DNA of 64,000 nt from Octopus vulgaris (taxonomy: Eukaryota): the NCBI GenBank assembly GCA_951406725.2, contig OX597833.1:38068001-38132000 (forward strand). The letters run 5' to 3'. Numbering within the stretch: the first letter of the stretch is position 1; every line of letters begins with the position of its first letter. The notes beneath the pieces were generated by a model that saw only the letters and a list, made by a program, of their open reading frames with translations, had not been told where the DNA came from and ran no database searches. Below are positions 11,755 to 24,934 of the stretch, piece after piece. Position numbers and translations under genes: made by a program.

Positions 11755-12982
11755 ATTGATTTTTATATACATATATGTACAAACACAGTAACTAAATGAA
11801 CTATGTGTGTGTGGTTTGTATAAGCGAAATGCAGGTGCATGCATGGCTGTATGGTTAAGAAGTTCGCTTCCCAGCCACGTAGTTTTGGGTTCAATTTCAC
11901 CACGTGGCTTCTTGGCTCTCTTCCACTATAGCCCTAGAAGACAAGGCCTTGTGCGTGAATTTGATGGACAGAAACTGAAAGAAGCGTCCTTCTCTCTGCC
12001 TCTTTCTCTATTGAGGAGAAACAACAGAGAGAATACGAAAGAACACATGAAAGGCGTCACTTCTCCCTTGCGTCATGGCGCTTCACCTGTAGCAGATGTC
12101 ATCGTAGCCGCAGATCAAGAACACGTCTTGCAACCCACATGCGAGACTGCTAAAGATGATTACTGAACGTGAACAGTCAACACTGACCTACAACAGACAG
12201 CTGAAAAAGGAATATATATATATATATATATCCAGTTAACTGATTTGAATTGCAGCAAAATGTTTAATATATGCTGGTTGTCGTTGTGGGCTTTCTCAAT
12301 TCGAGAAGTTGTCCTACCCATTTCAGTTTTATTTCCCCGCTTAACATGAACTAGTAGAAACTGTGGAGATCCAGGATTATTTGAAATATTTGGTGACATA
12401 ACTCCGTACGGAATCATTGGTGGTTTTCCACTGATGATAGCCAGTCTTCTCATTTTATCTGCGGTCTTTGGAGCTTCTTGTCTTTTTCTGTACCACTCGA
12501 AAAATTCCAGCTAAAACGGCATATTCCTCAATTGCTCTCCAACCCTTCATTGACAGTCTCAAACTTCCTTGGTTGAATGCTGCAGAGTGTCAAGTTCCAC
12601 TTCAAGATATCTCAGAACCTCACTTGTGATATTCTTTGATGACATTTTCTTCTTACCAATTCAGAATAAAAGATGGGCTTTGGTAGTCATTTATTATCCA
12701 TACTTCGAACATGGCAAATCAAATGCTGCCAATTGTTGGTAATCATTGCTTCGATGCTGTCATTTATGCTTGTTCTAGAACACAGGTGTCGGTCTTTTGT
12801 TCGCAGTTAACACCGAGATGTGAGCGAAGTTTTTATAACTGACTCTGATCAATCTATTTAATGTAACATGAATAATGAGTCCATATCTCGCAAGCATAAA
12901 GTATTGTGTACTGCATTTCTGAAATTATATTCGTTCATGTTTTAAACAAGAATCAGCTTCAGCTGAAGGCACCTCCATTGTA

Positions 12983-14257
12983 TCAGGTCACTAAGAATAT
13001 GTCCGATTTTCTTATGCACCAAGTTTGACAGTCGTTAACTCTAATGTTTTATCCTGACAATTCTTTGTTTTAAAACGTTGAAAAGTTACATCATCACATT
13101 TCGAAATGCAATTCATGGTGTCTGATTATATTGTGAGTTTTCTCTTGTAAATCAATTTTTGTGAACCCATGGATAGATAAAAAAATTCATGTTGTTTATG
13201 AATATGAGTAACGTCGTGGAACTAAAGTATCCCAGATAAGTCGAAACATCAATGACGTAATTTGTGAACATGTGGCGAATGAGCGCATTGTACGTCGATG
13301 GTTTGAGAAGATCCGGTCTGGTGACTTTACTCTTGAAAATAAGTCCCGTGGTAGACCAGAGACCAAGATGGATAATGATAAGCTGGAAACTGTAGTGGAA
13401 GCGGATACAACTCAAACTACGCATGAGTTAGCAGCAAGGTTTGATGTTTCGATTCCAACTGTATTGGACAATCTGAAACAAATCGGCAAGGTAAAGAAGT
13501 TGGACAAGTGGGTACCACAAGATCTGAACGAACATAGAATAAAATGTTGTCTTGAAACTTGCTGTTCTTGTTGTCACGGTATAAAAGCGAACCATTTTTG
13601 CATCATATTGTTACGGGTGATGAAAAATGGATTCTTTTCAACAATAGCAAGCGTTCTGCACTGTGACTGGTTAGAGACGAATTGCCAAAACAATCCAAAA
13701 AAGAATATTCACCATAAAAAGCTAATGGTACCTGTTTGGTGGTCCAGCGCTGGTGTCATCCACTACAGCTTCATGAGACACGGTAAGTCAATTACAGCGG
13801 ATGTATACATCAACCAACTGGATGAAATGATGAGTGAACTTACAATTAAACAACCGAGATTGGTCAAGAGACAGGCCAATCCTCCTACAAGACAATGATC
13901 GACGACATGTTGCATAAAGAAAGCTACTCAAGTTACAAGAAATGAACTTGGGAGTACTCTGTCATCCACCATATTCACCAGATCTTGCACCAACTGACTA
14001 TCACGTTTTCCAGGCATTAGACAAAATTTTGCAAGGAAAATAACTTCAAATCTGAAGATGCAAAAACGGCCTTTCATGATTTCATCACCTCTTGCTCTCC
14101 AGAATTCTTTGCTGCCGGCATAAATAAGCTACCGATAATATGACAAAATTGTGTTGATAATTTAGGCGCATATTTTGCTTAACTGCATTGCTTTTTGTAG
14201 AGATAAAGTAAGATAAACTTTCAGTTCAAATCGGACATATCATTCTTAATGACCTGA
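12983..14257 (+). mobile_element. Full-length mariner transposon (1275 bp) with frameshifted transposase
   Basis: TA duplications at 12981-12982 and 14258-14259; TIRs TCAGGTCA(C/T)TAAGAA…TATGTCCGATTT; motifs WVPQDL, IVTGDEKW, HPPYSPDLAPTDYHVF. Confidence 0.95.
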
Positions 14258-15032
14258 TACATGGCTACTCGACAGGTAAAGAAGTCTCATTTTCATTAAT
14301 AGCAGCTAGATGGACAGCACAGGGGTATAGTGAGAAGAGGCTCCTTTGCTTCACACCTCAAATAGCGTTGATGCCGATCCATTTGACAGCATTAAACATT
14401 CTACGCTGTTTTGAATGGACGGCAACAAGGAATTTTGGTGGAATGCCAAGTTTCTTAAGTATTTTCCACAGTATTTTATGACATATGTGTCAAATGCTCT
14501 GATCATGTTCCTAAACATTTAGCAGCTTGTTGCCTTTTTCCTGCAGCTGACAGACGACAAAAAAAAACATATCCACTCAAATCCAGAGCGAAATACGTTC
14601 TGTGACTTCGTATACAAATTTACTATTTGTAGATATTGTAATAAGATTCTTGCTAAGATTTTTCCAGAATCGTGAGGAATAAAATTCCTCTAGAGTTAAC
14701 ACAGTCTCCTTGATTTTTCCTGAAAATTGTCATGATTATGGCATCTTTGAAGTTCAATGGAACTTATTGTTTTTTTCCCAGATGAAGAGGAGGAGATGCT
14801 GCAATCAAGTAAGTGATAATTGTCCACCTTTCTTGACGTTGTATGGCCTTGTGCATATGTTATTTTACATTTCACACTGTTTTACATTTTAGTTGTTTGA
14901 AGCTCAGAGTAAGTTGAAGAACAATCACGCTCAAGATGAAAGAGAAATTGAGGACGAGTAGGATTAATGTAGACAGGTGTCCATAGCTGGTTTTAATCAT
15001 TAAGTCTATTTGATCAGAGTAATTTTGGATTT

Positions 15033-15266
15033 AAGGCGGTGAGCTGGCAGAATCGTTAGCACGCCAGGCGAAATGCTTAGCGGTATTTCGTCAGCCGCAA
15101 CGTTCTGAGTTCAAATTCTGCCGAGGTCGACTTTGCCTTTCATCCTTTCGCGGTTGATTAAATAAGTACCAGTTACGCACTGGGGTCGATGTAATCGACT
15201 TAATCCGTTTGTCTGTCCTTGTTTGTCCTCTCTGTGTTTTAGCCCCTTGTGGGTAGTAAAGAAATA
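15033..15266 (+). mobile_element. tRNA-derived SINE family B (Nin/Deu-like central domain)
   Basis: Core gcctttcatcctt…gtcgattaaataagtaccag; 15-bp TSD agtaat(t/g)ttggattt at 15018-15032 and 15267-15281; copies at 19227+, 33970-34385-, 35060-35260-, 39523+, 46062+, 53555-, 54175-, 56290-, 60200+. Confidence 0.88.
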
Positions 15267-16094
15267 AGTAATGTTGGATTTCTGCTGCTTTCAAGATCTA
15301 CCAATTATTTCAGATTTCTCTGATCCTGATTTGAACTTTGGACTTCTTAGTTTTGTATATTTCCATTCTGGTAGTTGAAGATGGTTCCGTTGTTTGAAGC
15401 AAGTCGAGCTTGTTTTCATGAGCGATTTTGAGGATCGGTCTCAACAAACCAAATACTGTTTCTCATATCATCAATGAACAAATCATCTGTAGGGATAATT
15501 TCTATCACCATTGTCAGAGCATAGTTCCAACTCTGGATTCCGATCAGCATAGCAAGAAATCTATTTTTTTTTTATATACATATAAATCTCTGAATCAACT
15601 TCATTTCGTCTCGGCACACGACAGACTGTACGTAATTAGTGACTTAAACATAAAAACTGGTGGGGAGATAGCTTTGGAAGAATTTATTAAGAAAAAAAAG
15701 TAGGCTTTGTCAACTCAAATGATGTTGGAGAATCTTTGTACTGAGCATCGTCACTAAAACACTGTTCAAACTCAAAGAGAAACACAAAACCTTTGGGATG
15801 TACTCGAGTTCGAAACATTAACATCTCATCGATTATGTTATCACCGGAGCCGCAAATTGATCGGGCGTTTACATCACTAAAGCTATGAGAAGCACTGACG
15901 ACTGCAGGACGAATCAACGATTGATTATCTCAAAAATTAACATCAATATTCTAGCGAATCGTGATATTGGGCGAGTGCTGAATATTCCCGCCACAACGGA
16001 AAGAAGGACTATGTCTAGTTCGTATGTTCAATTTTTGTTTTAGCTTCTACGGCAGATGCCATCCAATCACCAACTACTTTACAGAATACACAGA

Positions 16095-16497
16095 GGATCT
16101 TTTCGGTTTGAACGGCAGTTTTTTCTAGCGGTGTTATATGAAATTGTCACCCATAATTATGACCCTAGTATCGATCTATTGCATTTCAATCTGTTTTAGG
16201 GTTAGGGGGAAGGGTATCTTTTTTCTTCAGAAATGTAAATAAACCCAATCTGTTTCTTAAACGAGGGACATATTCATACGGCACAGAATGTTTTCACCTC
16301 AATAGACGTCATTGATTGGTTAAAATTGCAGAAATTGAAGAAAAAAACAACAAATATCTTACAAATTATAGAATTTTCTCAATAAAGCCAAGAGAAAAAG
16401 ATGTTTTATAAATACATTCTATCAGTATACGAAGTTTAAAAGTGTTTAGTTACGTGGAAAATATTTTTAAAAACTGCCGTTCAAACCGAAAAGATCC
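16095..16497. mobile_element. Merlin-like MITE, copy 1
   Basis: About 30-bp TIR GGATCTTTTCGGTTTGAACGGCAGTTTTT; 8-bp TSD tacacaga / tacataga. Confidence 0.85.
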
Positions 16498-18367
16498 TAC
16501 ATAGAGTGCTTTACCCTTTATTAATCATAGCGCCAAAGAAGACTGTCTTGGTCCTTGACAAGAGACAAAACGGTCTCCTCAGCTTCTTAGCTCATTCGTC
16601 AGTTATTTTACAGAGTGTACGAGGTGTGTTTTATATTGGCGCCAGTACAAGTCGTCTGTTGACGTCAGTCATTGGACTGACGGTCATTCTGAAGCATTGA
16701 CTTGATGTGTGTGTGTGTGAATACGGTTATTCAAAGAATGAGAACCCAGCCTGCAAGTTTTGCCACTTGTGTAAGGACGTTAGCCACGTTACAAGGACAT
16801 TAAAAAAAAGAGAAAGCAAATAAATTAAGCGACGCAGTCAAAATGCATAACGAAAATTACAGTATCACCAAATGTTTTACGCTGTCAGCGAGAGGAAGAG
16901 GGAGGGGGAGGTAGAGAGGAATCAATTAGACAAATACACAAATTGAAAGAGAAACGAAGAAAGATAAAGAAGAGAGCGAGAATGCTGTGAAAAATTAGAC
17001 TGATATAGCGAACAGAGAGAGAGGGAGGGAAGCGAATAAGTTAAAGAAAGAGTATAAAAAGACAAAACAGTGCGTTCATGAAAGAGGTGAAGAGGGAGGT
17101 AGAAAATAGAAAGAGAGAGAGAGGAGGTAATGTTGTTTGTAACGTTTGCCTAATGTTGTTTATATAAAACTTTACAGCTGACATGAAGAAAAATAAATAC
17201 ATCAGAAGAGCTTTATCTCGCCCGCAAACGATGCGTATGTATGTATATATATACACACACATGTTTCGGCCAGAGTTTGCCCAAACTATGACTGATTTGA
17301 TAGCAGCACCTGGAAAAGACATTTAATGTTTCATATTACAGTTATTCTTTAGGCACCATAGCATAGTTCAGTAGAGTTGTTAGCAGAGATATATCTGCAA
17401 TAAATTATCTGGAATTTGTTGGAAATATTCATCCAGGAACCGTTTGAATGTTATGAGATCTTTTTCTTCCCTTATGTGTCTTGGTATGATGCTAAAGAGA
17501 GCAGGGCAGTTAAGGTGAAATAGTCGTTAGTGCTGTGATGCGATGCAAGCATGATCGTTGTAGAAATTGGATGGCATTCAGACCAAGCCTTGGGTGAATT
17601 TAGAAGTTGATGCCAACATCATTTAGGCAATGTTGCTGGAATGTTTTCCACGTCATACAAATGATATAGTGTTCTTGGAAGCGTTGGACGGGAAAGAATT
17701 TGAGCATCTCAAGCCAATTCCAATAGTTAAGACATGTCACATCGCCTACTTATTTTGTGATTGACCTCTGGAGTGCTTCAACTTTTATTTTTGTTAAGAG
17801 TGGCTGTGTGGTAAGTAGCTTGCTTACGAACCACATGGTTCCGGGTTCAGTCCCACTGTGTGGCACCTTGGGCAAGTGTCTTCTACTATAGCCTCGGGCC
17901 AACCAAAGCCTTGTGAGTAGATTTGGTAGACGGAAACTGAAAGAATCCTGTCGTATATATGTATATATGTGTGTGTGTGTGTCTGTGTTTGTCCCTCCAA
18001 CATCGCTTGACAAACGACGCTGGTGTGTTTACGTCCCTGTAACTTAGCGGTTCAGCAAAAGAGACCGATAGAATAAGTACTAGGCTTACAAAGAATAAGT
18101 CCTGGGGGCGATTTGCTCGACTAAAAGCGGTGCTCCAGCATGGCCACATGACTGAAACAAGTAAAAGAGTAAAGGGAGTAGGGAGACCACAGCAGATAAC
18201 AGTATTCAAGGTAAGGACGTGCGTGTGTGTGTCTATATACAGCTATGCATTTTCCAAAAAAAAATAATAAACTGGAGATAAAACACCCAGTAAAGGTTTA
18301 TTGATTCGATTGATGCTCATTTAGAGTCACACACATACAAACAAGCCCATATATACATACACATATA

Positions 18368-18704
18368 GGGTAAAGGGTAAAGACCCCTTTTGGTCATAAA
18401 TGACCATGGGATTGTACCTAGAAAGTTACCCTACGAGGCACAAGTCCAAGCAATGTTGTTTATCGAAGACCAGCAGTCGCCCATGCATACCAGTCTCCCC
18501 TCTCCATAACACTGATGTTGGCAAAGGCAAAGGCTGATACAGCTTGGCACCAGTGACATCGCAACTATTTCTACAGTTGACTGAACTGGAACAACGTGAA
18601 ATAAAGCGTCTTGCTCAAGAACACAACACACAGCCTAGTCCGGGGATCGAACTCACCACCTCATGATTGTAAACCCGGCACTCAAACTACAGCCGTGTGC
18701 CTTC
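18368..18704 (-). mobile_element. tRNA-derived SINE family F with (TTTACCC)n tail
   Basis: B box gagttcgatccc; shares gtgttcttgagcaagac…tttcacgttg core with families D and E. Confidence 0.8.
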
Positions 18705-19226
18705 ACTAGAAAGTGAGCCATTAATTATTAGGTGTCTGTTCATGGGTACCAGCATGCAGTGAACTGTACCCCTTTGTGACACAAACTTACACCTAAGTCG
18801 TTTACGTTGTTGATAATTGTCTACAGTGAACTGTATCTCACTGAGTGAGAAAGACGGGGGACAGCTCAGTATCTTCACCATACACATAATAGAACGCATT
18901 ATTTCACACTGTGGACTAATATCAATACCACTACCTCATGATTGTGGGCCCGACGCTCTAACCACTGAGTCATGCACCTTCGCACATACACATACATATC
19001 AACATGTTTATATGTGACTCTGTAGTAAGATGTTTGTGTACCAACCACACGGTCTCAGGTCCAGTCTCACTGCACAGCACATTGGGCAAGCGTCTTCTAC
19101 TCTAGCCCTGGGTCAACCAAAACTTTGTGGAGATTTAGTAGACAGAAAATGAAAGACGGTCATATTGTGCATATATGTATACACACACACATACACACAC
19201 ACACACACATATATATATATATCACT

Positions 19227-19620
19227 AAGGCGGCGAGCTGGCAGAATCGTTAGCACCCCGGGCGAAATGCTCAGCGGTATTTCATCTGCCGGTACGTTCT
19301 GAGTTCAAATTCCGCCGAGGTCGACTTTGCCTTTCATCCTTTCGGGGTCGATTAAATAAGTACCAGTTACGACCTGGAGTCGATATAATCGACTTAATCT
19401 GTTTGTCTGTCCTTGTTCGCACCCTCTGTGTTTAGTCCCTTGTGGGTAGTAAAGAAATAGGTATTTCGTCTGCCGTTTCGTTCTGAGTTCAAATTCCGCC
19501 GAGATCAACTTTGCCTTTCATCCTTTCGGGGTCGATTAAATTAGTACCAGTTATGCACTGGGGTCGATATAATCGACTTAATCCGTTTGTCCTGATTTGT
19601 CCCCTCTGTGTGTAGCCCCT
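19227..19620 (+). mobile_element. SINE family B with tandem duplication of its body
   Basis: Second unit restarts at ggtatttcgtctgccg (about 19460). Confidence 0.88.
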
Positions 19621-21060
19621 TTACGACCACAATCAGTTCCGACTGACTGGTCGTAAGTCGGCCTATGGGTCTACATAGCTTTGTTTTATATTTTTACATT
19701 CTTTAGGTACATTCTCAGGTAAAATCACACACAGTATTCTGTATTATACTACAACAGTGCTTTTTGTTCATAGAAAAGTACCAAAGAATGCAAATACAAG
19801 AAATACACAATATAGTGTAAGAAACAGTTGCAAAACTTACATAAAAACTTTATTGTAGACTGGTGCTTGGCTGTGGATCTTCAATGCCATTTGCTGAGGC
19901 AACAATTGTAGTAGACGGAGTTGGCCTTTTGATAAACATGGTAAGCTTTATCTGAATCGTTTGTTTCTTTTTCTCTTCATAAATTTCACGACACGGACGA
20001 AACACATCGTGTGCCATCCATCCGTTCAATTCTTGCAAATCGTTCGATGTTTGGGTCCATTGCTTCAAAGTGTGCAAGAAGTTTATTCAGTTGAAATAAA
20101 CCTTCTGATAATTCTTTTGTAGTGAAATTCCATTCTGACACCTCCTCTTCTTTACACGTCAGAATATTGTACTTTTTCCAAAATTCTCGCAGTGATAGTT
20201 CTCGGTCAGCGGCTATAGGTGAAGCGAAAGTGGTTCGAATATAGTTAGCCTTCAGTGTAGCAATCGAACCTTGATCCACTGGCTGGATAAGTGGAGTCGT
20301 GTTCGACGGAAAAAAATACACCACTTTCACGTCGGGATGCAGGTCCGATAGATGAGACAGATTCCAGGCGCATTATATAGAAGCAATAAAATCTGGAAAG
20401 GAATTCCTCTCTCCAAACAATATCCACGAACTTGAGGAATAAAACAATTCAGTCCTCGTGTCATCCATACTTTAGGCTGAGAACAAAAGTAGACGGGTAA
20501 CGTGTGCCTATCTACATTCTTGAATGCACGCGGGTTTTCTGAGTAGAAAATTACGGAAGGTTTCAGCTTAAAACCTACGATGTTCCCGCCAAGCAGCAAT
20601 GTCAGCCTGTCCTTAAATCCTTTAAATCCAGGCATGGATTTGGCTTCTTTGTTGATGCAAGTGCGTACTGCCATGCGTTTCCAAACCGTTTCATCCACAT
20701 TAAAAACCTGCCTTGCTAGATAGCCTTCTTCCGTAATTATTTCGTTCAAATAGCTAATAAGCTAACCAGATGTTTCCTCGTCTGCACTCGCCGCTTCTCC
20801 AGTTATTCGAACATTATGAAGTTGGAATCTTTCTTTAAATCTTTTGAACCAGCCAGTACTTGCTAAAAAATTTTTACTGTATTCTTCACTGGAACGCTCC
20901 TTTAGCGTCTGAAATAGACTTCTGGCCTTCGACTGCACACTAAAATAAAAAACTTAGAGGTGTCCAAATTTGTAGCTATTTTTCCATTTCGTGGATGGAC
21001 CCAGTCCACTGCTTTGTTATAACTGTAGATCGCATGGGTGCTGAACCTTTCACAGCTTTA
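19621..21060 (-). pseudogene. Tigger/pogo (CENP-B-like DDE) transposase relic
   Basis: ASTGWFKRFKERF (HTH), QVFNVDET, MPGFKGFKDRLTLLLGGN, ILLLLYNAPG, PSNTTPLIQPVDQG; frameshifted. Confidence 0.92.
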
Positions 21061-21690
21061 GAGAAATGAATATTTTTTTTAATGAAATTTTCAGCAAATA
21101 CACTTCAGATGGTGTAGATTCCGAATACATCAGAATCTTTTGTGAAAAAAGTTTTCTGTGAGTCAGAGCGGTTTCAGAAAATTCCCATGAATCAGATTTG
21201 TTTCCTCATAACTCCCAAGAAAAATAGGTATTTTTTAATGAAAGTTTCAACAAATACCTTTCAGAGTGTGTAGATTATGAGTATATCAGAATTTAATACG
21301 AAAAATAAAGGTGGTGGACTCCTACACATACAAACTGACACACATCACATATCTACAAAATGAAAGTTGAAATTTTGAAAAAAAAATTGTATGGTGCAAC
21401 AGTATGTATGTGTGCATGATCACCATTTTTGTTTTCCATATTAAATTCCATTATAATCGTAATCCATACAGTCTAAAAAGTATTTGTAGAAAACTTCATA
21501 AAAAGGTATTCATTTTTCTGAAGCAAAGCCAAATCATGTAAATTTTCCAAAACTCTTCTCTTCATCCTTCGAAAACTTTCTTTTTCCCCAACAAAATGTA
21601 ATCTAATCAGAATCTACACTATCTGAAGTGTATTTATAGAAAATTTCATTAAAAAATATTCATTTTTCTGGAAGTTATGAGGAAACAAAG
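21061..21690. repeat. Foldback-like element: two tandem modules facing two inverted modules
   Basis: 21061-21130 and 21220-21295 are direct copies; 21460-21520 and 21605-21690 are their reverse complements. Confidence 0.7.
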
Positions 21691-22511
21691 TTGGTGGCTG
21701 AGTATACTTGTGTAGGTATGCCCAATATTTAACCCTTTAGCGTTCTGTCAAATATAATACATTTTCATTCAGATTGTTCTGAATTAATCATGCATTATCT
21801 TGTAGCTTTGAGGTTTCAATGATTAGAAACTTTGGGGCCAGATACAGCTGATTTAAATGCTAAAGGGTTAATAGACATATCATTTGTTAGTATTTAATGC
21901 TAATGGGGGAATATACGCAAGGTTTATATGTTTTGAAATTTACAATGGAAATGAAACTAATTCCATCACAAATTTAAAAGAAAATAGCATCCACGGTTAT
22001 TTTGCTAAATTATTTCACTTCCAGTCACAACATATTATATGATTTTAAAATTTCTCTCTGCTAAATACGTTCTCTCTCTCTCTTACTTCAACAAACTTTT
22101 TAACCATGTAATTCCCCTCTAACATTTTTTGCTTTCTCTTTCCTTTTACATCTTACTTCTACTAACCACATGACAGTGTAAAGCATGGAAGGGCTATTGG
22201 TAGCTCACTCATTCCCTCTTCCCTCCTCTCTCTCTCACTTCCTCTCCTTCTCTCAAACCCTCTCCCTCTTTGTCACTCTCACTCCACCTCTCTCTCATAA
22301 ACTAAAGCATAACATGTGACCAAACAAGCAGAATTATAATAGAGATCAATAGCAAAACTAGTATCCCAAATGCATTTCCTTTACAGTAATAAAACAGGCA
22401 TAATATGAAATTTAAAAATGCACCAAATGTTCCAGTCTTTGCTTTAATACATGTATATACAAACATACATACATACACACACTGTCAGTGGATCATATAT
22501 CCTAGAAAGAA

Positions 22512-22754
22512 GAAGTTAAATATATGTCCAGTCATAGAGTGACCAATGGCGTCACACCCATAAAGCACATAGCTTTATAGGCAACTTGTCAGGCTCAAAT
22601 GGCCACAGGCATGTAACCTCTCTTCAAACCAGTTTGAAGAGAGGTTATATGCCCACAGCTACTGGAGTCTGATGAGTTGTCTATAAAGCTAAGTTAAGTG
22701 CCTTAGGGATCTGAAGCCATTGGTCACTCTATGATCAGGGATATATTTAACTTC
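22512..22754. repeat. 243-bp palindromic element (about 120-bp arms, 2-nt loop)
   Basis: gaagttaaatatat…catagagtgaccaatggc…taacctctcttcaaac CA gtttgaagagaggtta…gccattggtcactctatg…atatatttaacttc. Confidence 0.9.
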
Positions 22755-22757
22755 ATG

Positions 22758-22806
<49 letters not shown>

Positions 22807-22873
22807 AAAATAATATGTGACAATTATTAACATAATATTGAGGTCTCTTTCTTTTGTTATCTTACCGTTTTTA

Positions 22874-22927
<54 letters not shown>

Positions 22928-23829
22928 CAACCAGACTGGAACCTGGTGCAGATCTCCAGCTTGCTAGCTCTGGTCAAACCGTCCAACCCATGCCAGCATG
23001 GGAAATGGACAATAAAGGATGATGATGATACACACAAACATATATATATATTGCCATCTGGTTTTGCACTTATATATGCACAGTGTATCTATTCAGGTAT
23101 ATATATGTACCATCTGACTCGTACAACTATGGGTCAGTCAGAATTTGCAAAAGCAGACTTTCTATGCCCGGATGCCCTACCTGTCACCAACCCTCACCTG
23201 TTTCCAAATAAGGTAATATTTTCATGCTTGTATGATCGTGATGCTGCTGTACAACTACTGCATAATGTCCATACAATATACCACACACACACACACACAT
23301 GGAAGGCTTCTTTCAGTTTCCATCTACCAAATACACTCAGAAGGCATACATATACATGCATATATATTTTTTTTTATTATTAATATTAATTGGCAGAAGT
23401 TACAGACTCAAGGGCCAAGAGTTACAGACTCAAGGGCCAAGAGTTTCATTCATTGGTACTTATCAAAAGGAGTCATTCAGCAACTTCTGCCAATTATTAA
23501 TATATATAGATTTTTTTTGATTTTTTTTTTACTTGTTTCAGTCATTTAGCTGCAGCCATAATGGAGCATTGCCTTGAAGGGTTTTTAACCGAAGAAATCA
23601 ACCCAGGACTTATTCTTTGTAAGTCCAGTTAAACTGCTAAGTTACAGGAACAAACACAGACACACACATATACATATATGACGGGCTTCTTTCAGTTTCC
23701 ATCTACCAAATCCACTCACAATACTTTGGTCAGCCTGAGGCTATTGTAGAAGACACTTGCCCAAGGTGTCACACCGTGGGACTGAACTCGGGACCATGTG
23801 GTTGGGAAGCAAGCTTCTTACCACATTAG

Positions 23830-24080
23830 GAGCACTCCGTCGGTTACGACGACGAGGGTCCCAGCTGATACGATCAACGGAACAGCTTGCTCGTGAAATT
23901 AACGTGGCTGAGCACTCCACAGACACGTGTACCCTTAACGTAGTTCTCAGGGAGATTCAGTGTGACACAGAGTGTGACAAGGCTGGTCCTATGAAATACA
24001 GGTACTACTCATTTTTGGCAGCTGAGTGGACTGGAGCAACGTGAGATAAAGTTTCTTGCTCAAGGACACAACGCGTCGCT
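23830..24080 (-). mobile_element. SINE family E (5'-truncated); fuller copies 50961-51268+ and 54757-55052+
   Basis: Shared body ccttgtcacac…tccctgagaactacgttaagggtacacgtgtctgtggagtgctcagccac. Confidence 0.85.
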
Positions 24081-24934
24081 ATTTTCCTGTTTGCCTTACA
24101 TGTAGTTTGATGGATAGATAGACAAACGCGTACATATTTACAAGCACACACACATATAGGCGATGTTTCGCTTGTCGTAGCACCGAAACGTTGCCCACAT
24201 ATATATTCTAACTTTTATATGTTTCAGTCATTGGACTACGGTCGAACAAATCGACACCAGTACTTATTCTATCGGTCTCTTTTATCGAATCACTAATTTA
24301 CAGAGACGTAAACAAATCAACACTGGTTATCAAACGGTGGAAACAAATTCAAACACAAAAACACACAGACAGACAGACAGATAGATAAGAGGGCTTCCAT
24401 ACGGTTTCTTTTTACTAATTTCATTCACAATGCACTTGTCGGTCCGGGGCCACAGTCGAAAACACTTATCCAAGGTACCACGTTGTAAGACTGAACCTGA
24501 AGCCACGTAGTTGCAAAGCGAGCTTCTAAATTACACAGCCATGCCTGCGGTTAAACACGCGCGTGCGTGCATAAAGCACATGTATTTGTATTATTGTTAG
24601 TTTCGAAATTGAAAACATTCAGAAGTTTCGCAGGGACTCCGAGTCAACACTTGTCAAACTTGACCTAACTCCTACACAACTGTCATCTTTATGATATAAA
24701 ATGTGTTTATTTGACTTGAGTTCTCGTATTGTGTTCTACGAGAAAATATTTCATTATTCTATTATATATATCCACACATAACATAAAACATTAAAAAGAT
24801 ATATAAAATTCGACATTGCGATATAGCTAACTTTAGATATCCGTTAAAGTACATTACCTCCCAACACAAACACGCAATTCTTTTTATTTGACTAATTGTA
24901 AGTTGTAAGTCATCAACAATGAGAGGACCCATAC

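Larger units (their letters stand above)
12105..15960 (-). mobile_element. Old, heavily decayed RTE LINE split by a mariner and a SINE
   Basis: Minus-strand remnants SIEAMIT…LPKPIFYSELV (12650-12770), LWKILKKLGIPPKF (about 14430-14475), NSRGILFL…GKILARILL (about 14635-14700); many stops and frameshifts. Confidence 0.75.

Noticed and set aside
12105-12215. Cys-rich minus-strand exon behind a good acceptor
   Set aside because: Better explained as the decayed C-terminal zinc knuckle and 3' UTR of the old RTE.
22753-23549. ORFs of 94-188 aa with IYIY/HTHT runs, and similar ones at 8935, 40662, 51715
   Set aside because: Translations of (TA)n/(CA)n microsatellites and repeat fragments.
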